IMG/VR virus record: IMGVR_UViG_3300025112_006940
Location: 1 to 64,000 of that record
Length of the DNA stretch: 64,000 nt
Source of the DNA: a virus
Reading direction: 5' to 3' (one strand)
Part shown: positions 18,095 through 27,431 of the stretch, one piece after another
How positions within the stretch are numbered: position 1 is the stretch's first letter
How the letters are laid out: each line of letters opens with the position of its first letter
Notes under the pieces: model-generated
Seen by the model: only the letters and a program-made list of their open reading frames with translations
What the model was told of the DNA's origin: nothing
Databases searched by the model: none
Made by a program: the position numbers and the translations under genes

Positions 18095-18640
18095 ATGTCA
18101 AAATGTATACTTTTCGGCCCAGAAGAAAAAACTCCATGGTATGAAAGAGCTTATTATTGGTTCTTAAGAACTGTATGGGATAACATCAAAATAACAGATC
18201 GACATATCAAATGGTTTTATCAAAGAAGAACAAGGGGATTTGATGATACAGAATTATGGTCATTAGATCAACCATTAGCAAAGTACATACTTCCAAGATT
18301 AAAAGCTTTTAGAAATTATCCACTTCATGGATATCCAGGTCAATTAGATGAACCTGGATTGATTGAAGATAATCAAGATGGTGATCATCATGATCATAAT
18401 TTCCAGATCTGGTTGGCAGTAATTGATAAGATGATTATTGCTTTTGAATACATTTTAAAAGGTGATGATGATGTTGAAACCGGATTTATTAGGGGTTGGG
18501 TTGATGATGATGGAAGATTTCATTCAGAAAAAGATGAAGAAAAGTGGCAAGCATATTTAAAAGAAGGCGAAAGACGCCAAAAAATAATAACTGAAGGCTT
18601 ACAGTTATTTGCTAAGTATTTTCAAAATCTTTGGGATTAA
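18095..18640 (+). CDS. conserved phage hypothetical protein
   Basis: ELWSLD..LAKYILPRLKAF...EGLQLFAKYFQNLWD. Confidence 0.8.
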   Translation: MSKCILFGPEEKTPWYERAYYWFLRTVWDNIKITDRHIKWFYQRRTRGFDDTELWSLDQPLAKYILPRLKAFRNYPLHGYPGQLDEPGLIEDNQDGDHHDHNFQIWLAVIDKMIIAFEYILKGDDDVETGFIRGWVDDDGRFHSEKDEEKWQAYLKEGERRQKIITEGLQLFAKYFQNLWD

Positions 18641-18790
18641 GAGGTTTTTATGTCTAATTGGGCATTTACTAATGAGGATTTTCAGGGGCAGGCAAATATA
18701 TTAAAAGATAGTATTTTAAATTGCTTATTTAATGAATGATCACTTAACAATAAGTGCTGTTAAATTAGTAGAAGATAAAGAAGAAAATAA

Positions 18791-18866
18791 TGCGGAGTAG
18801 AGAAACGGCCATCTCACGATCCTCATAAGGTCGGGATAGCAGGTTCAACTCCTGCCTCCGCTTCCA
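18791..18866 (+). tRNA. tRNA-Met(CAT), initiator-like
   Basis: CTCATAA loop, 1:72 mismatch, A11:U24; lacks the three G-C anticodon pairs. Confidence 0.8.
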
Positions 18867-18969
18867 AATTGTAAAATAAAGCCGATTAAAGCGCAAAAAT
18901 CTGGCGAGACCACATGGCAGTGGAGGCCAACTCGAAAGGTTCGAATCCTTCTTATTTTACATTAATTAA

Positions 18970-19038
18970 TGCGGTGCACGGCTGGCTAGTTCCCTCATAT
19001 GGAACAAAGCGAGAGTTCAATTCTCTCCACCGCAACCA
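18970..19038 (+). tRNA. tRNA-Met/Ile2(CAT) lacking a normal D arm
   Basis: TGCGGTG/CACCGCA acceptor, GTTCC-CTCATAT-GGAAC, T arm, CCA; 69 nt. Confidence 0.75.
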
Positions 19039-19164
19039 AATATTCTTAGGTGTAGGCCTAAACCTGCTTTAAGGCTGAGGGGAGTGTATCGGTTACAGCA
19101 ATGACTGGCAGGAACCGATTGTGGCGCACTCGAAGGGAATATTTTATAATACACAGAGGTTAAA

Positions 19165-20136
19165 ATGAAATCACATATTGATAATTTTTGTGGTGGTAAT
19201 TTCAGCAACTGGTTAGAAGTTAATCTTATTGAGCATTGTAATGGCTCTTGTTCATGGTGTATAGAAAAAAATGGTTTTCACCCAAAGCAAAAAGTTGAGT
19301 GGCATATTTTAGTTGACAAAATATTAGAAACAAATGCAACTAATATAATCCTTCTCGGCGGCGAACCAACCCTCCATCCACGACTACAAGAAATTATAGA
19401 ACGTCTATCAAATGCAGGAAGAAAAGTTTATGTTACCACGAATGGTGTAATGTTAACATCAAAATGGGTAAGAAAAAATCTTGTAGGGTTAGCCGGTATT
19501 AATATTTCAATTCATCATTATGACCTTCCAAATAATAAGATAATTACAGGTGTCCATTTAGGCTATATAGATTTATATGATTCCATAAAGCAATTGCAAA
19601 TAATGGGTAGTTCTATTAGATTAAATTGTAATTGTATTGTGGGGTATATTGATAGTAAAGCTCAGTGCATGAAATATATTCAATTTGCAAAAGCTCTCGG
19701 AATAAACTCTGTAAGATTTGCAGAACTTAAATTAGATAACGAAAATTTTGTTGATTTAGCTATTGAGTTTAATTATGAATATGGTTTAAATGATGATCCT
19801 TTTTTATTAGGATGTAATAAGAATTGTAGAATAGATGATGTTGATATAAACTTTAGACAAATGTGTGGTTTACAAACAAGTAAAAGAGTTTTGCCAATCA
19901 ATCCAGAACAAAGTCAAGAAAAATCAGTTTTATATTATGATGGTAAAATCTATGATGGATGGCAAACAGTAAAAAAGGAGGAGATTGTGGATGATAAAGA
20001 ATTGTTACAGCTTATGGAAGATGTTAAAAGTGGTAGAGTTTCAGCTAAAATTGCTGCAATGAAAATAGCTAGAACAATGGGCAATACAAAAATTGTTGAA
20101 GTATCCAATAATGATAGTATGGGCTGTCGATATTAA
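19165..20136 (+). CDS. radical SAM protein
   Basis: CNGSCSWC (CxxxCxxC), LLGGEPT, TTNG. Confidence 0.92.
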   Translation: MKSHIDNFCGGNFSNWLEVNLIEHCNGSCSWCIEKNGFHPKQKVEWHILVDKILETNATNIILLGGEPTLHPRLQEIIERLSNAGRKVYVTTNGVMLTSKWVRKNLVGLAGINISIHHYDLPNNKIITGVHLGYIDLYDSIKQLQIMGSSIRLNCNCIVGYIDSKAQCMKYIQFAKALGINSVRFAELKLDNENFVDLAIEFNYEYGLNDDPFLLGCNKNCRIDDVDINFRQMCGLQTSKRVLPINPEQSQEKSVLYYDGKIYDGWQTVKKEEIVDDKELLQLMEDVKSGRVSAKIAAMKIARTMGNTKIVEVSNNDSMGCRY

Positions 20137-20415
20137 TTTATTGAAAAGCTGCAAAGGACAAAAAAATAAAATTATATTCAGGTGAAAAAATTGAAGAACT
20201 TTTAATTCGTTAGTAGAATAATTCAAATCTTGTAACAGGAGAAAAAACATGCCTAAATTCGAAATTCACTCTCAAGTAAACAGGCATACGAAACAAATGG
20301 AACATTCTGCAACTGTTTCATCATTCGATTTGGTTAAAGTATTAGAAGGATATTTTAGGGAAACGCTTGGCTTAAAATTTAAATACGAAGAATTAAAAGA
20401 AGTGACGGAGTAAAT

Positions 20416-20646
20416 ATGATCTTAAGCGAGATTCAAAAAAGACAAAAAGAAACAAATTTTAGATGCCAAGAAAAAGCTTGTTCAAATTGTGAAAATATGA
20501 AAGTTGAAAAAAATACTACTTTTTATGAATCTCGCTGTATATCTTTAGGCAGCATATTAAATTTGTCTATAGATATTCATAGATGTTATGAATTTTCTTG
20601 GAAAACAAAATGTGATGATTGGATAGAAAGGAAAAATGAAGAATGA
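20416..20646 (+). CDS. hypothetical Cys-rich protein
   Basis: CSNC..C..CDDW; GGAG RBS. Confidence 0.6.
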   Translation: MILSEIQKRQKETNFRCQEKACSNCENMKVEKNTTFYESRCISLGSILNLSIDIHRCYEFSWKTKCDDWIERKNEE

Positions 20647-20740
20647 TAGCCCAGTTAGTTTTTTACATTTTAGTCATAGGGATTTTCGGGTAAAGTACAC
20701 AAGTTAAAAAGTAAATCAATCAAATCCACAGCTAAAATTT

Positions 20741-20778
20741 ATAGCTCCTATAGGAAAATCTATGGGGGCTATATTTTT
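20741..20778 (+). terminator. intrinsic terminator ending the tRNA region
   Basis: ATAGCTCCTATAG/CTATGGGGGCTAT + T run. Confidence 0.7.
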
Positions 20779-20885
20779 GTCAAAAACACCTGATTTTTGT
20801 TTATTTCTGGTGACCTTTTTGTTATATTATTGAAGATAGTTCTTCGTATAGGATTTTATATACAAATAAAAAAGGTGGCAAAAAA

Positions 20886-21419
20886 ATGAAAATAAATGTA
20901 GCTTTTACTGGCTCTAGAAAATACGATATAATGGATAATGAAAATAATGATGTAATGCAAAATGTAGCAGATTTATTAGTTGGATGCCAATATATTGATA
21001 ATCTATATTTTGGATGTGCAGTTGGAGTTAATACAGAAATGCTTATTAGAATTGGCTCAACAAAACCTGCATTAACTAATTTTAAAAAATCACTCATAGC
21101 ATGTATTCCAGATACGCTAGATCATTTACATCCAGGTGCGTTAGACGCAGTAAATAAATATGCTGATGAAGTTATAGAATTAAAAAATGAAATAACACAT
21201 AAAGATTGGTTTAAATCATTTCATATTAGAGATAAGTTTATGGTTAATCATTGTACTAAGCTTTTTGCATTTCCAAATAAATTTGCCTTAGAAAATAAGA
21301 AAGGTGGAACTTGGGCAACTATGAAATATTCATTTAAAAATAAGCATGAAAGAGTGGAAAATATGGATTGGAATGAAGAAAAACAAACAATAGTTTATCC
21401 ATTGAATGGAGGTAGTTAA
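20886..21419 (+). CDS. SLOG (DprA/YspA-like) family protein
   Basis: VAFTGSR, GCAVGV, RDKFMV, GGTWAT. Confidence 0.8.
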   Translation: MKINVAFTGSRKYDIMDNENNDVMQNVADLLVGCQYIDNLYFGCAVGVNTEMLIRIGSTKPALTNFKKSLIACIPDTLDHLHPGALDAVNKYADEVIELKNEITHKDWFKSFHIRDKFMVNHCTKLFAFPNKFALENKKGGTWATMKYSFKNKHERVENMDWNEEKQTIVYPLNGGS

Positions 21420-21420
21420 A

Positions 21421-21792
21421 ATGATTAAAGGTGCATTTGATCAGGAATTAAGTATAGGTGATGTTATTTCATATCCTGGTAGAAGTGGTTCTTCATTATA
21501 GATGAATGTAGGATTAATTCATGATGCTATAAATGAAGAAAGAGATAAAGAAGGAAATATTAAAGAATTTGAAAGAATAAAGGTTTTAAGCATACATGAA
21601 AGCTGGGGTGTAATTTATTGCGATGATGGAATATATTAGGATGAAGTTAAGGAAAAAAGGTATAATTATGGAACTAAACACTATCCAGCATTATCAACAG
21701 TCTATAGAGTTGATAGAGTTGTTAAAATTAGCGCTGCATTAAAAGATTTAGATTTACTTGAATTAGAAAACTTTTATAATGCAAAGGCTTAA
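21421..21792 (+). pseudogene. 124-codon ORF interrupted by two in-frame TAG codons
   Basis: GGAGG RBS; TAG at 21499 and 21637; fills the gap up to the next gene. Confidence 0.75.
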
Positions 21793-21795
21793 TAA

Positions 21796-22806
21796 ATGAA
21801 AAAAACAAGAATAATGTATATAGATGGAATGAATATGTTTATAAGAAATTTTGCATCGTTACCATTAACAAATGATCAAGGCGCCCATATAGGTGCTTTG
21901 TATGGTTGTTTACAAAGTTTTAGAATGCTTATAAATGAGTTCAAACCTGATATGTTCATTTTTGTTTGGGAAGGAAAGGGGTCATCTGAGAAAAGGAGAG
22001 CAATATTAAATGAATACAAAGAAGGAAGAAAATTTTCTGGTTTCAATAGAATTTTTGAAGGTTCACCAGAAGAAGAAAAAAAAGCATTTAGCAATCAACT
22101 TAAATTGCTTAGAGAATATATAAAGTTATTGCCTTTTTATCAAGCATCAATTGATTATTTAGAAGCTGATGATGTAATTGCATATATGACTGAGCAAATG
22201 TTTGATGATAAAGATCAATTTGAAAATCTCATAATATCTACTGATAGAGATTACTATCAATTAGTAGATGATAATACATTTATTTTTAGACCTGTAAAAA
22301 CAAAGAAGAATAAAAAGGGGCAGTTTATAACTACTCAAAAGGTTATTGAAGAAACAGGAGTTCATCCTAAAAATTACATTATTTCAAAATGTGTTGCTGG
22401 AGATTCAGATAATATAGATGGGATTCCAAGAGTAGGCGCCAAAACTGTTGCAAAAGATTTTGCTTTTCTAGAATCTTTAAAAAGCAATGGGGATATTTAT
22501 AACATCAATGACATTATTGATTTTTGTAAAAAAGAACTGGAAACTAATAAGTCTAAAAAATACGAAAAATATCTCGGGCATAGGGAACTTCTCGAAAGAA
22601 ACTATCAATTAATCCAGCTCTTAGACCCTGATATAAGCCTTCAATCTATCAGATCTATTGAGAGAATCTTTACTAATTACACTCCAGCTTATGAAAAAAC
22701 ATCTTTTAGGTTGGCATTAATTAGAGATTCAATATCTCCAAAAAATGTTTTAAGTTGGGTAGATGCATTTACAAATATACATCCAAAAAAAATATCTTTC
22801 GAGTAA
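21796..22806 (+). CDS. 5'-3' exonuclease / flap endonuclease (RNase H-like)
   Basis: IDGMN, EYKEGR, EADDVI, STDRDYYQL, GDSDNIDGIPRVGAKT. Confidence 0.92.
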   Translation: MKKTRIMYIDGMNMFIRNFASLPLTNDQGAHIGALYGCLQSFRMLINEFKPDMFIFVWEGKGSSEKRRAILNEYKEGRKFSGFNRIFEGSPEEEKKAFSNQLKLLREYIKLLPFYQASIDYLEADDVIAYMTEQMFDDKDQFENLIISTDRDYYQLVDDNTFIFRPVKTKKNKKGQFITTQKVIEETGVHPKNYIISKCVAGDSDNIDGIPRVGAKTVAKDFAFLESLKSNGDIYNINDIIDFCKKELETNKSKKYEKYLGHRELLERNYQLIQLLDPDISLQSIRSIERIFTNYTPAYEKTSFRLALIRDSISPKNVLSWVDAFTNIHPKKISFE

Positions 22807-22821
22807 GGGAAAATAGACAAA

Positions 22822-24192
22822 ATGCAAAGAGATGAATCTTTTGAAAAATTTGGTAGAAGCTTTCAAAATAGAGTTATTCAAGCATGCCTTATTGATAATA
22901 AATTTTTTCAACAAATTGTAGCTATTTGTAAACCAAGCTATTTTAACGGTGCGCATGAAACTATTTGGAAAGTAATTTTTAGTTATTTCGAACAATATAA
23001 TACCCCTCCAACATATGATTCCATAAAAATAGAATTAGAAAAAATCGGTCAAGATACGACTAGAGAACATTGCAAAGTTATCATAAAAGAGATTGAAGCA
23101 AATATTAATCAATCTGAAATTGAGCATGTTAAGGATGTCGCGCATGATTTTTGTACAGATAAAGAAATGGAACAAGCTATTCTTGATTCTGTTGAATTGT
23201 TAAAAGATGATAAAAGAGATGCAATTAAACCAAGAATAGAAGCTGCATTAAAGCATGTTCATATTATCGACACAGGCCATGAATATTTTGATAGATTAGA
23301 GGAAAGATCAAAAACTAATTCAAGAAAAACTGTTCCTACTGGGCTACCTATGCTTGATAGTCTTGATTTTCTTGAAGGCGGATTAGGCAATGGTGAAATT
23401 GGAATGATAATGGCACCTACTGGTGGGGGTAAAAGTTATTGGTTAGTTCAACTTGGTTATGGTGGATTACAAGCAGGTGTTGATGTTGTGCATTATACAT
23501 TTGAATTATCAGAAGTAAATATAGGCAGAAGATATGATTCCTGTATTACAGGTATTCCTATCAAAATGTTAAGTGATAATTATGATGAAGTTGATAAAAG
23601 ATTAAAAGATTTTAAAGGTGGCAAACTCATAATAAAAGAATTTCCTACAAGATCTGCAAATATTAATAAAATCAAATTTCATATTGATAGATTGAAAGCA
23701 TCTGGTTTTAATCCTAGCCTTATCATTTTAGATTATGCAGATTTAATGAGAAGTACCAGAGAATATGACCAAAGAACTTGGGAATTGGAATCTATTTACG
23801 AAGAACTTCGTGGTTATTCAATGGAAATTCAAGTTCCGATTTGGACAGCATCTCAAACAAATAGGTCTGGTCTTGATGAAGATATTATTGGATTAGATAA
23901 AATTGCTGATGCTTATGCAAAGGCTATGGTCGTAGATTTTATGGGAACATTTTCAAGGAATATGTTTGAAAAGGAAAATAGCCTCGGTAAATTTTTTATT
24001 GCTAAAAATAGAATAGGAAGAGACGGAAAAGTTTTTGGTGTAGATTTTCATCCAGAAATTGCATCAATTAAATTATTTGAGCTAAATGATAGAGATGAAC
24101 AAGAAACATTAAAGGAAGATATACAATCATTATTTAAGGAATATAAGGATACAAAAGGATTATCAAATTTAGAAGCTGCGCAGAAAGGATAA
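22822..24192 (+). CDS. DnaB-like replicative helicase
   Basis: APTGGGKS, ILDYADLM, WTASQTNR, KNR. Confidence 0.93.
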   Translation: MQRDESFEKFGRSFQNRVIQACLIDNKFFQQIVAICKPSYFNGAHETIWKVIFSYFEQYNTPPTYDSIKIELEKIGQDTTREHCKVIIKEIEANINQSEIEHVKDVAHDFCTDKEMEQAILDSVELLKDDKRDAIKPRIEAALKHVHIIDTGHEYFDRLEERSKTNSRKTVPTGLPMLDSLDFLEGGLGNGEIGMIMAPTGGGKSYWLVQLGYGGLQAGVDVVHYTFELSEVNIGRRYDSCITGIPIKMLSDNYDEVDKRLKDFKGGKLIIKEFPTRSANINKIKFHIDRLKASGFNPSLIILDYADLMRSTREYDQRTWELESIYEELRGYSMEIQVPIWTASQTNRSGLDEDIIGLDKIADAYAKAMVVDFMGTFSRNMFEKENSLGKFFIAKNRIGRDGKVFGVDFHPEIASIKLFELNDRDEQETLKEDIQSLFKEYKDTKGLSNLEAAQKG

Positions 24193-24195
24193 AAT

Positions 24196-24408
24196 ATGCC
24201 ATTTCATTTATTTGAATGTACAAAATGTGAAAAAGAATTTGAAGTTATGATAACATTTACAGAATATGAAAATTATAAAAAAAGAAAACTTAAACTTGAT
24301 TGTTTAAACTGCGGGTTTTCTAGCGATAAACATCAAAAATTACATGTCGGTAAAACTGCATTAATTTTTAAAAGCGGAAAATGGTTTAAGACTCATGGAG
24401 AATATTGA
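24196..24408 (+). CDS. FmdB-like zinc-ribbon protein
   Basis: MP...FECTKC..FE..CLNCG..FKSGKWF. Confidence 0.75.
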   Translation: MPFHLFECTKCEKEFEVMITFTEYENYKKRKLKLDCLNCGFSSDKHQKLHVGKTALIFKSGKWFKTHGEY

Positions 24409-24546
24409 TGGCTATTGGTTTACTTAGCGTTTGTTCAAAATGTAGTAGAGCTTATAAAGTTATGTTACAAAATAGTTCATTTACAGAAATAGGTAAGCAT
24501 CGCTATAATAGATGTCCAGATTGTATAACAAAGGAAGAGGAAAAAT

Positions 24547-24774
24547 ATGAAAGACAAATATTCAGTTTCATTAATAATTAGCAGCGCTGATGAATCATCT
24601 GTAAGTAATGTAGGTAGTTTTAACAAAGACGATAAAACTGAAGAAGATATTAGAAGGCATGCTAATGGTATTTTATCAAGTGTAAAATTAGAATATAATC
24701 AGCATGCAAGAATTGAAGTATGGTTAATAAGGGCAAATGGAATTCAACAAATGATTTACGATAACGAAAGATAG
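24547..24774 (+). CDS. hypothetical protein
   Basis: ORF track, GAGG RBS. Confidence 0.6.
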   Translation: MKDKYSVSLIISSADESSVSNVGSFNKDDKTEEDIRRHANGILSSVKLEYNQHARIEVWLIRANGIQQMIYDNER

Positions 24775-24785
24775 GGAGAGATTAG

Positions 24786-26648
24786 TTGGATATTTCACAA
24801 CAAATTTTATCTGATATTACAGTACATATGAAATATGCTAAATATTTATTAGAACTTAACAGAAGGGAAACATGGGAAGAAATAGTATATCGTAATAAAG
24901 AGATGCACAAAAAAAAGTTTAAGCATTTAGGTTTAGATTTTTTAAAAATGATTGATAACGCTTATGAATTTGTTTATCAAAAAAAGATTTGCCCATCCAT
25001 GAGAAGTATGCAATTTGCTGGAAAACCAATTGAAATTTCTCCAAATAGAGTTTACAATTGTGCCTATCTTCCTATAGATGATTATAGGGCGTTTGGTGAA
25101 ATAATGTTTCTATTATTAGGTGGGACAGGAATTGGCTATTCTGTACAAAAGCATCATGTTGAAAAATTACCAGAAATTAGAAGACCTACAAAAAAACGTA
25201 GATTTTTAATTAGCGATTCAATTGAAGGATGGGCCGATGCAATTAAGGCATTAATGAAAGCTTATTTTTCTGGCAAATCTTTGCCAGTATTTGATTTTTC
25301 TGATATTAGAGTAAAAGGCGCAGCATTGATAACAAGTGGTGGTAAAGCACCTGGGCCAGAACCATTAAAGGATTGTTTGCATAATCTTAAAAAAGTTTTT
25401 GATAGAAAGCATGATGGCAATCAATTATCTACACTTGAAGCTCATGATATGGTATGTTATATTGCCGATGCTGTTCTAGCAGGCGGGATTAGAAGGGCTG
25501 CATTAATATCTTTATTTTCTATGGATGATGAAGAAATGGCAGCATGTAAATTTGGAAATTGGTGGGAAGAAAATCCACAAAGAGGTAGGTCAAATAATTC
25601 TGCATGCATTGCAAGACATAGAATTAAAAAATATGAATTCAAAAATTTATGGAAAAAAATTGAAAAATCTAATGCAGGCGAGCCAGGAATATATTTTACA
25701 AATGATATAGAATGGGGGACAAATCCATGTTGTGAAATTGCGTTAAGGGCATTTCAATTTTGTAATCTTACAGAAATTAATGTATCTAATGTAGAATCAC
25801 AAGAAGACTTAAATGAAAGGGCAGCAGCGGCAGCATTTTTAGGTACATTACAAGCATCATATACAGATTTTCATTACCTTAGAGATATATGGAAAAGAAC
25901 AACTGAAAAAGATGCATTAATTGGCGTTGGAATGACTGGCATAGCAAGTAAGAAAATATTTGATTTTTCTTTAGAGAAAGCTGCCGATATAGTCAAATCT
26001 ACTAATAAAGAAATTTCAAAATTAATAGGTATTAATGAAGCTGCAAGAATGACTTGTATAAAACCATCTGGAACATCATCATTAGTATTGGGTTGTTCTT
26101 CTGGGATACATGCATGGCATAATGATTATTACATAAGAAGAATAAGAGTAGGAAAAAATGAAGCAATTTATTCGTATCTTTCTATTTATCATCCAGAGTT
26201 ATTAGAGGATTGTTTTTTTAAGCCTAAAATAGATGCTGTTATTTCTATCCCGCAAAAGGCACCAGATTATTCAATATATAGAACGGAAAATGCAATTGAT
26301 TTATTAGAAAGAATAAAATATTTTCATGAAAATTGGATTGATTCAGGGCATTCACAAGGAAATAACAGTCATAATGTTTCTGCAACAGTATCTATAAAAA
26401 ATGAAGAATGGGATAACGTTGGTGAATGGATGTGGAAAAATAGAAAGCACTATAATGGTTTAGCATGCTTGCCATTTGATGGAGGTTCATATGTTCAAGC
26501 CCCATTTGAAGATTGCGATAGCATGACTTTTGATAAATTATTTTCAAAATTACATGAAATAGATTTGACAAAAGTAATTGAAATGAATGATAATACAAAT
26601 TTAAAAGGTGAATTAGCTTGTTCTAGCGGTGTTTGCGAAATAGTTTAA
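24786..26648 (+). CDS. nrdJ: class II (adenosylcobalamin) ribonucleotide reductase
   Basis: RRETW, YNC, GGIRRAA, TNPCCEI, KPSGT, C-terminal ACSSGVCEI. Confidence 0.92.
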   Translation: MDISQQILSDITVHMKYAKYLLELNRRETWEEIVYRNKEMHKKKFKHLGLDFLKMIDNAYEFVYQKKICPSMRSMQFAGKPIEISPNRVYNCAYLPIDDYRAFGEIMFLLLGGTGIGYSVQKHHVEKLPEIRRPTKKRRFLISDSIEGWADAIKALMKAYFSGKSLPVFDFSDIRVKGAALITSGGKAPGPEPLKDCLHNLKKVFDRKHDGNQLSTLEAHDMVCYIADAVLAGGIRRAALISLFSMDDEEMAACKFGNWWEENPQRGRSNNSACIARHRIKKYEFKNLWKKIEKSNAGEPGIYFTNDIEWGTNPCCEIALRAFQFCNLTEINVSNVESQEDLNERAAAAAFLGTLQASYTDFHYLRDIWKRTTEKDALIGVGMTGIASKKIFDFSLEKAADIVKSTNKEISKLIGINEAARMTCIKPSGTSSLVLGCSSGIHAWHNDYYIRRIRVGKNEAIYSYLSIYHPELLEDCFFKPKIDAVISIPQKAPDYSIYRTENAIDLLERIKYFHENWIDSGHSQGNNSHNVSATVSIKNEEWDNVGEWMWKNRKHYNGLACLPFDGGSYVQAPFEDCDSMTFDKLFSKLHEIDLTKVIEMNDNTNLKGELACSSGVCEIV

Positions 26649-26689
26649 TAATATCAATATTTTTATTAATAATTGAGGGATAACAAAAT

Positions 26690-26944
26690 ATGAATGAAAC
26701 AACAATTCGTCGTAGCTACTTAACTCCTAAATTTGATGTTAGGCCAGCTAAAAAAGAAGTAAAAAAACCAGGCTTATTTTTTGAAGATAGGGTAGAAAAT
26801 CTTGCTAAAAAATATAAGACAATTGATGAAATATGGAAACATATGACATTAGGGCAAGTATCACGATATAGTACAATAGGTCCAAAGATTTTTTTAGGAA
26901 CAAAGTTAATTTACGATGAATCAACAGGAGAAACTTTTGTATGA
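26690..26944 (+). CDS. hypothetical protein
   Basis: GAGG RBS, overlaps next start. Confidence 0.65.
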   Translation: MNETTIRRSYLTPKFDVRPAKKEVKKPGLFFEDRVENLAKKYKTIDEIWKHMTLGQVSRYSTIGPKIFLGTKLIYDESTGETFV

Positions 26945-27423
26945 TGACTATCTTAGAGGATTTAGAACAAATTCTAGATTGCTATTGTGATAATAGTAGA
27001 TTAGAATTTGAAGAAGTTTTTATTTTATTTACTAAGATACTTTCATATAGAAGCAGTTGTGCAAAAACAAAACAAGCAGCATTACTTGTTAATAATAACA
27101 GAGTAATTTCAATTGGTGTAAATGGGCCGCCATCTGGTGGAATAAATTGTATAGCAGATGGCGGCGAAGAAGTATGCGGAAAAGATCTTTCAGGTAGTTG
27201 CTTAGAAGGGATTCATGCCGAACAAAATTGTCTTGGATATGCATCAAGATATGGAATAAGAACTGACAATTGTAAATTGTATGTAACAATGACGCCTTGT
27301 ATAAATTGCGCCAAACTTATTATAGCTGCTGGAATTGAAGAATATATTTACATTGATGATTATAGAATAACTGAAGGCATAGATTTTTTAAATAATCATG
27401 GTATTAAAACAAGAAAAATTTAA
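26941..27423 (+). CDS. dCMP deaminase
   Basis: HAEQN, PCINC, GVNG. Confidence 0.92.
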   Translation: MMTILEDLEQILDCYCDNSRLEFEEVFILFTKILSYRSSCAKTKQAALLVNNNRVISIGVNGPPSGGINCIADGGEEVCGKDLSGSCLEGIHAEQNCLGYASRYGIRTDNCKLYVTMTPCINCAKLIIAAGIEEYIYIDDYRITEGIDFLNNHGIKTRKI

Positions 27424-27431
27424 GGAGAGGC

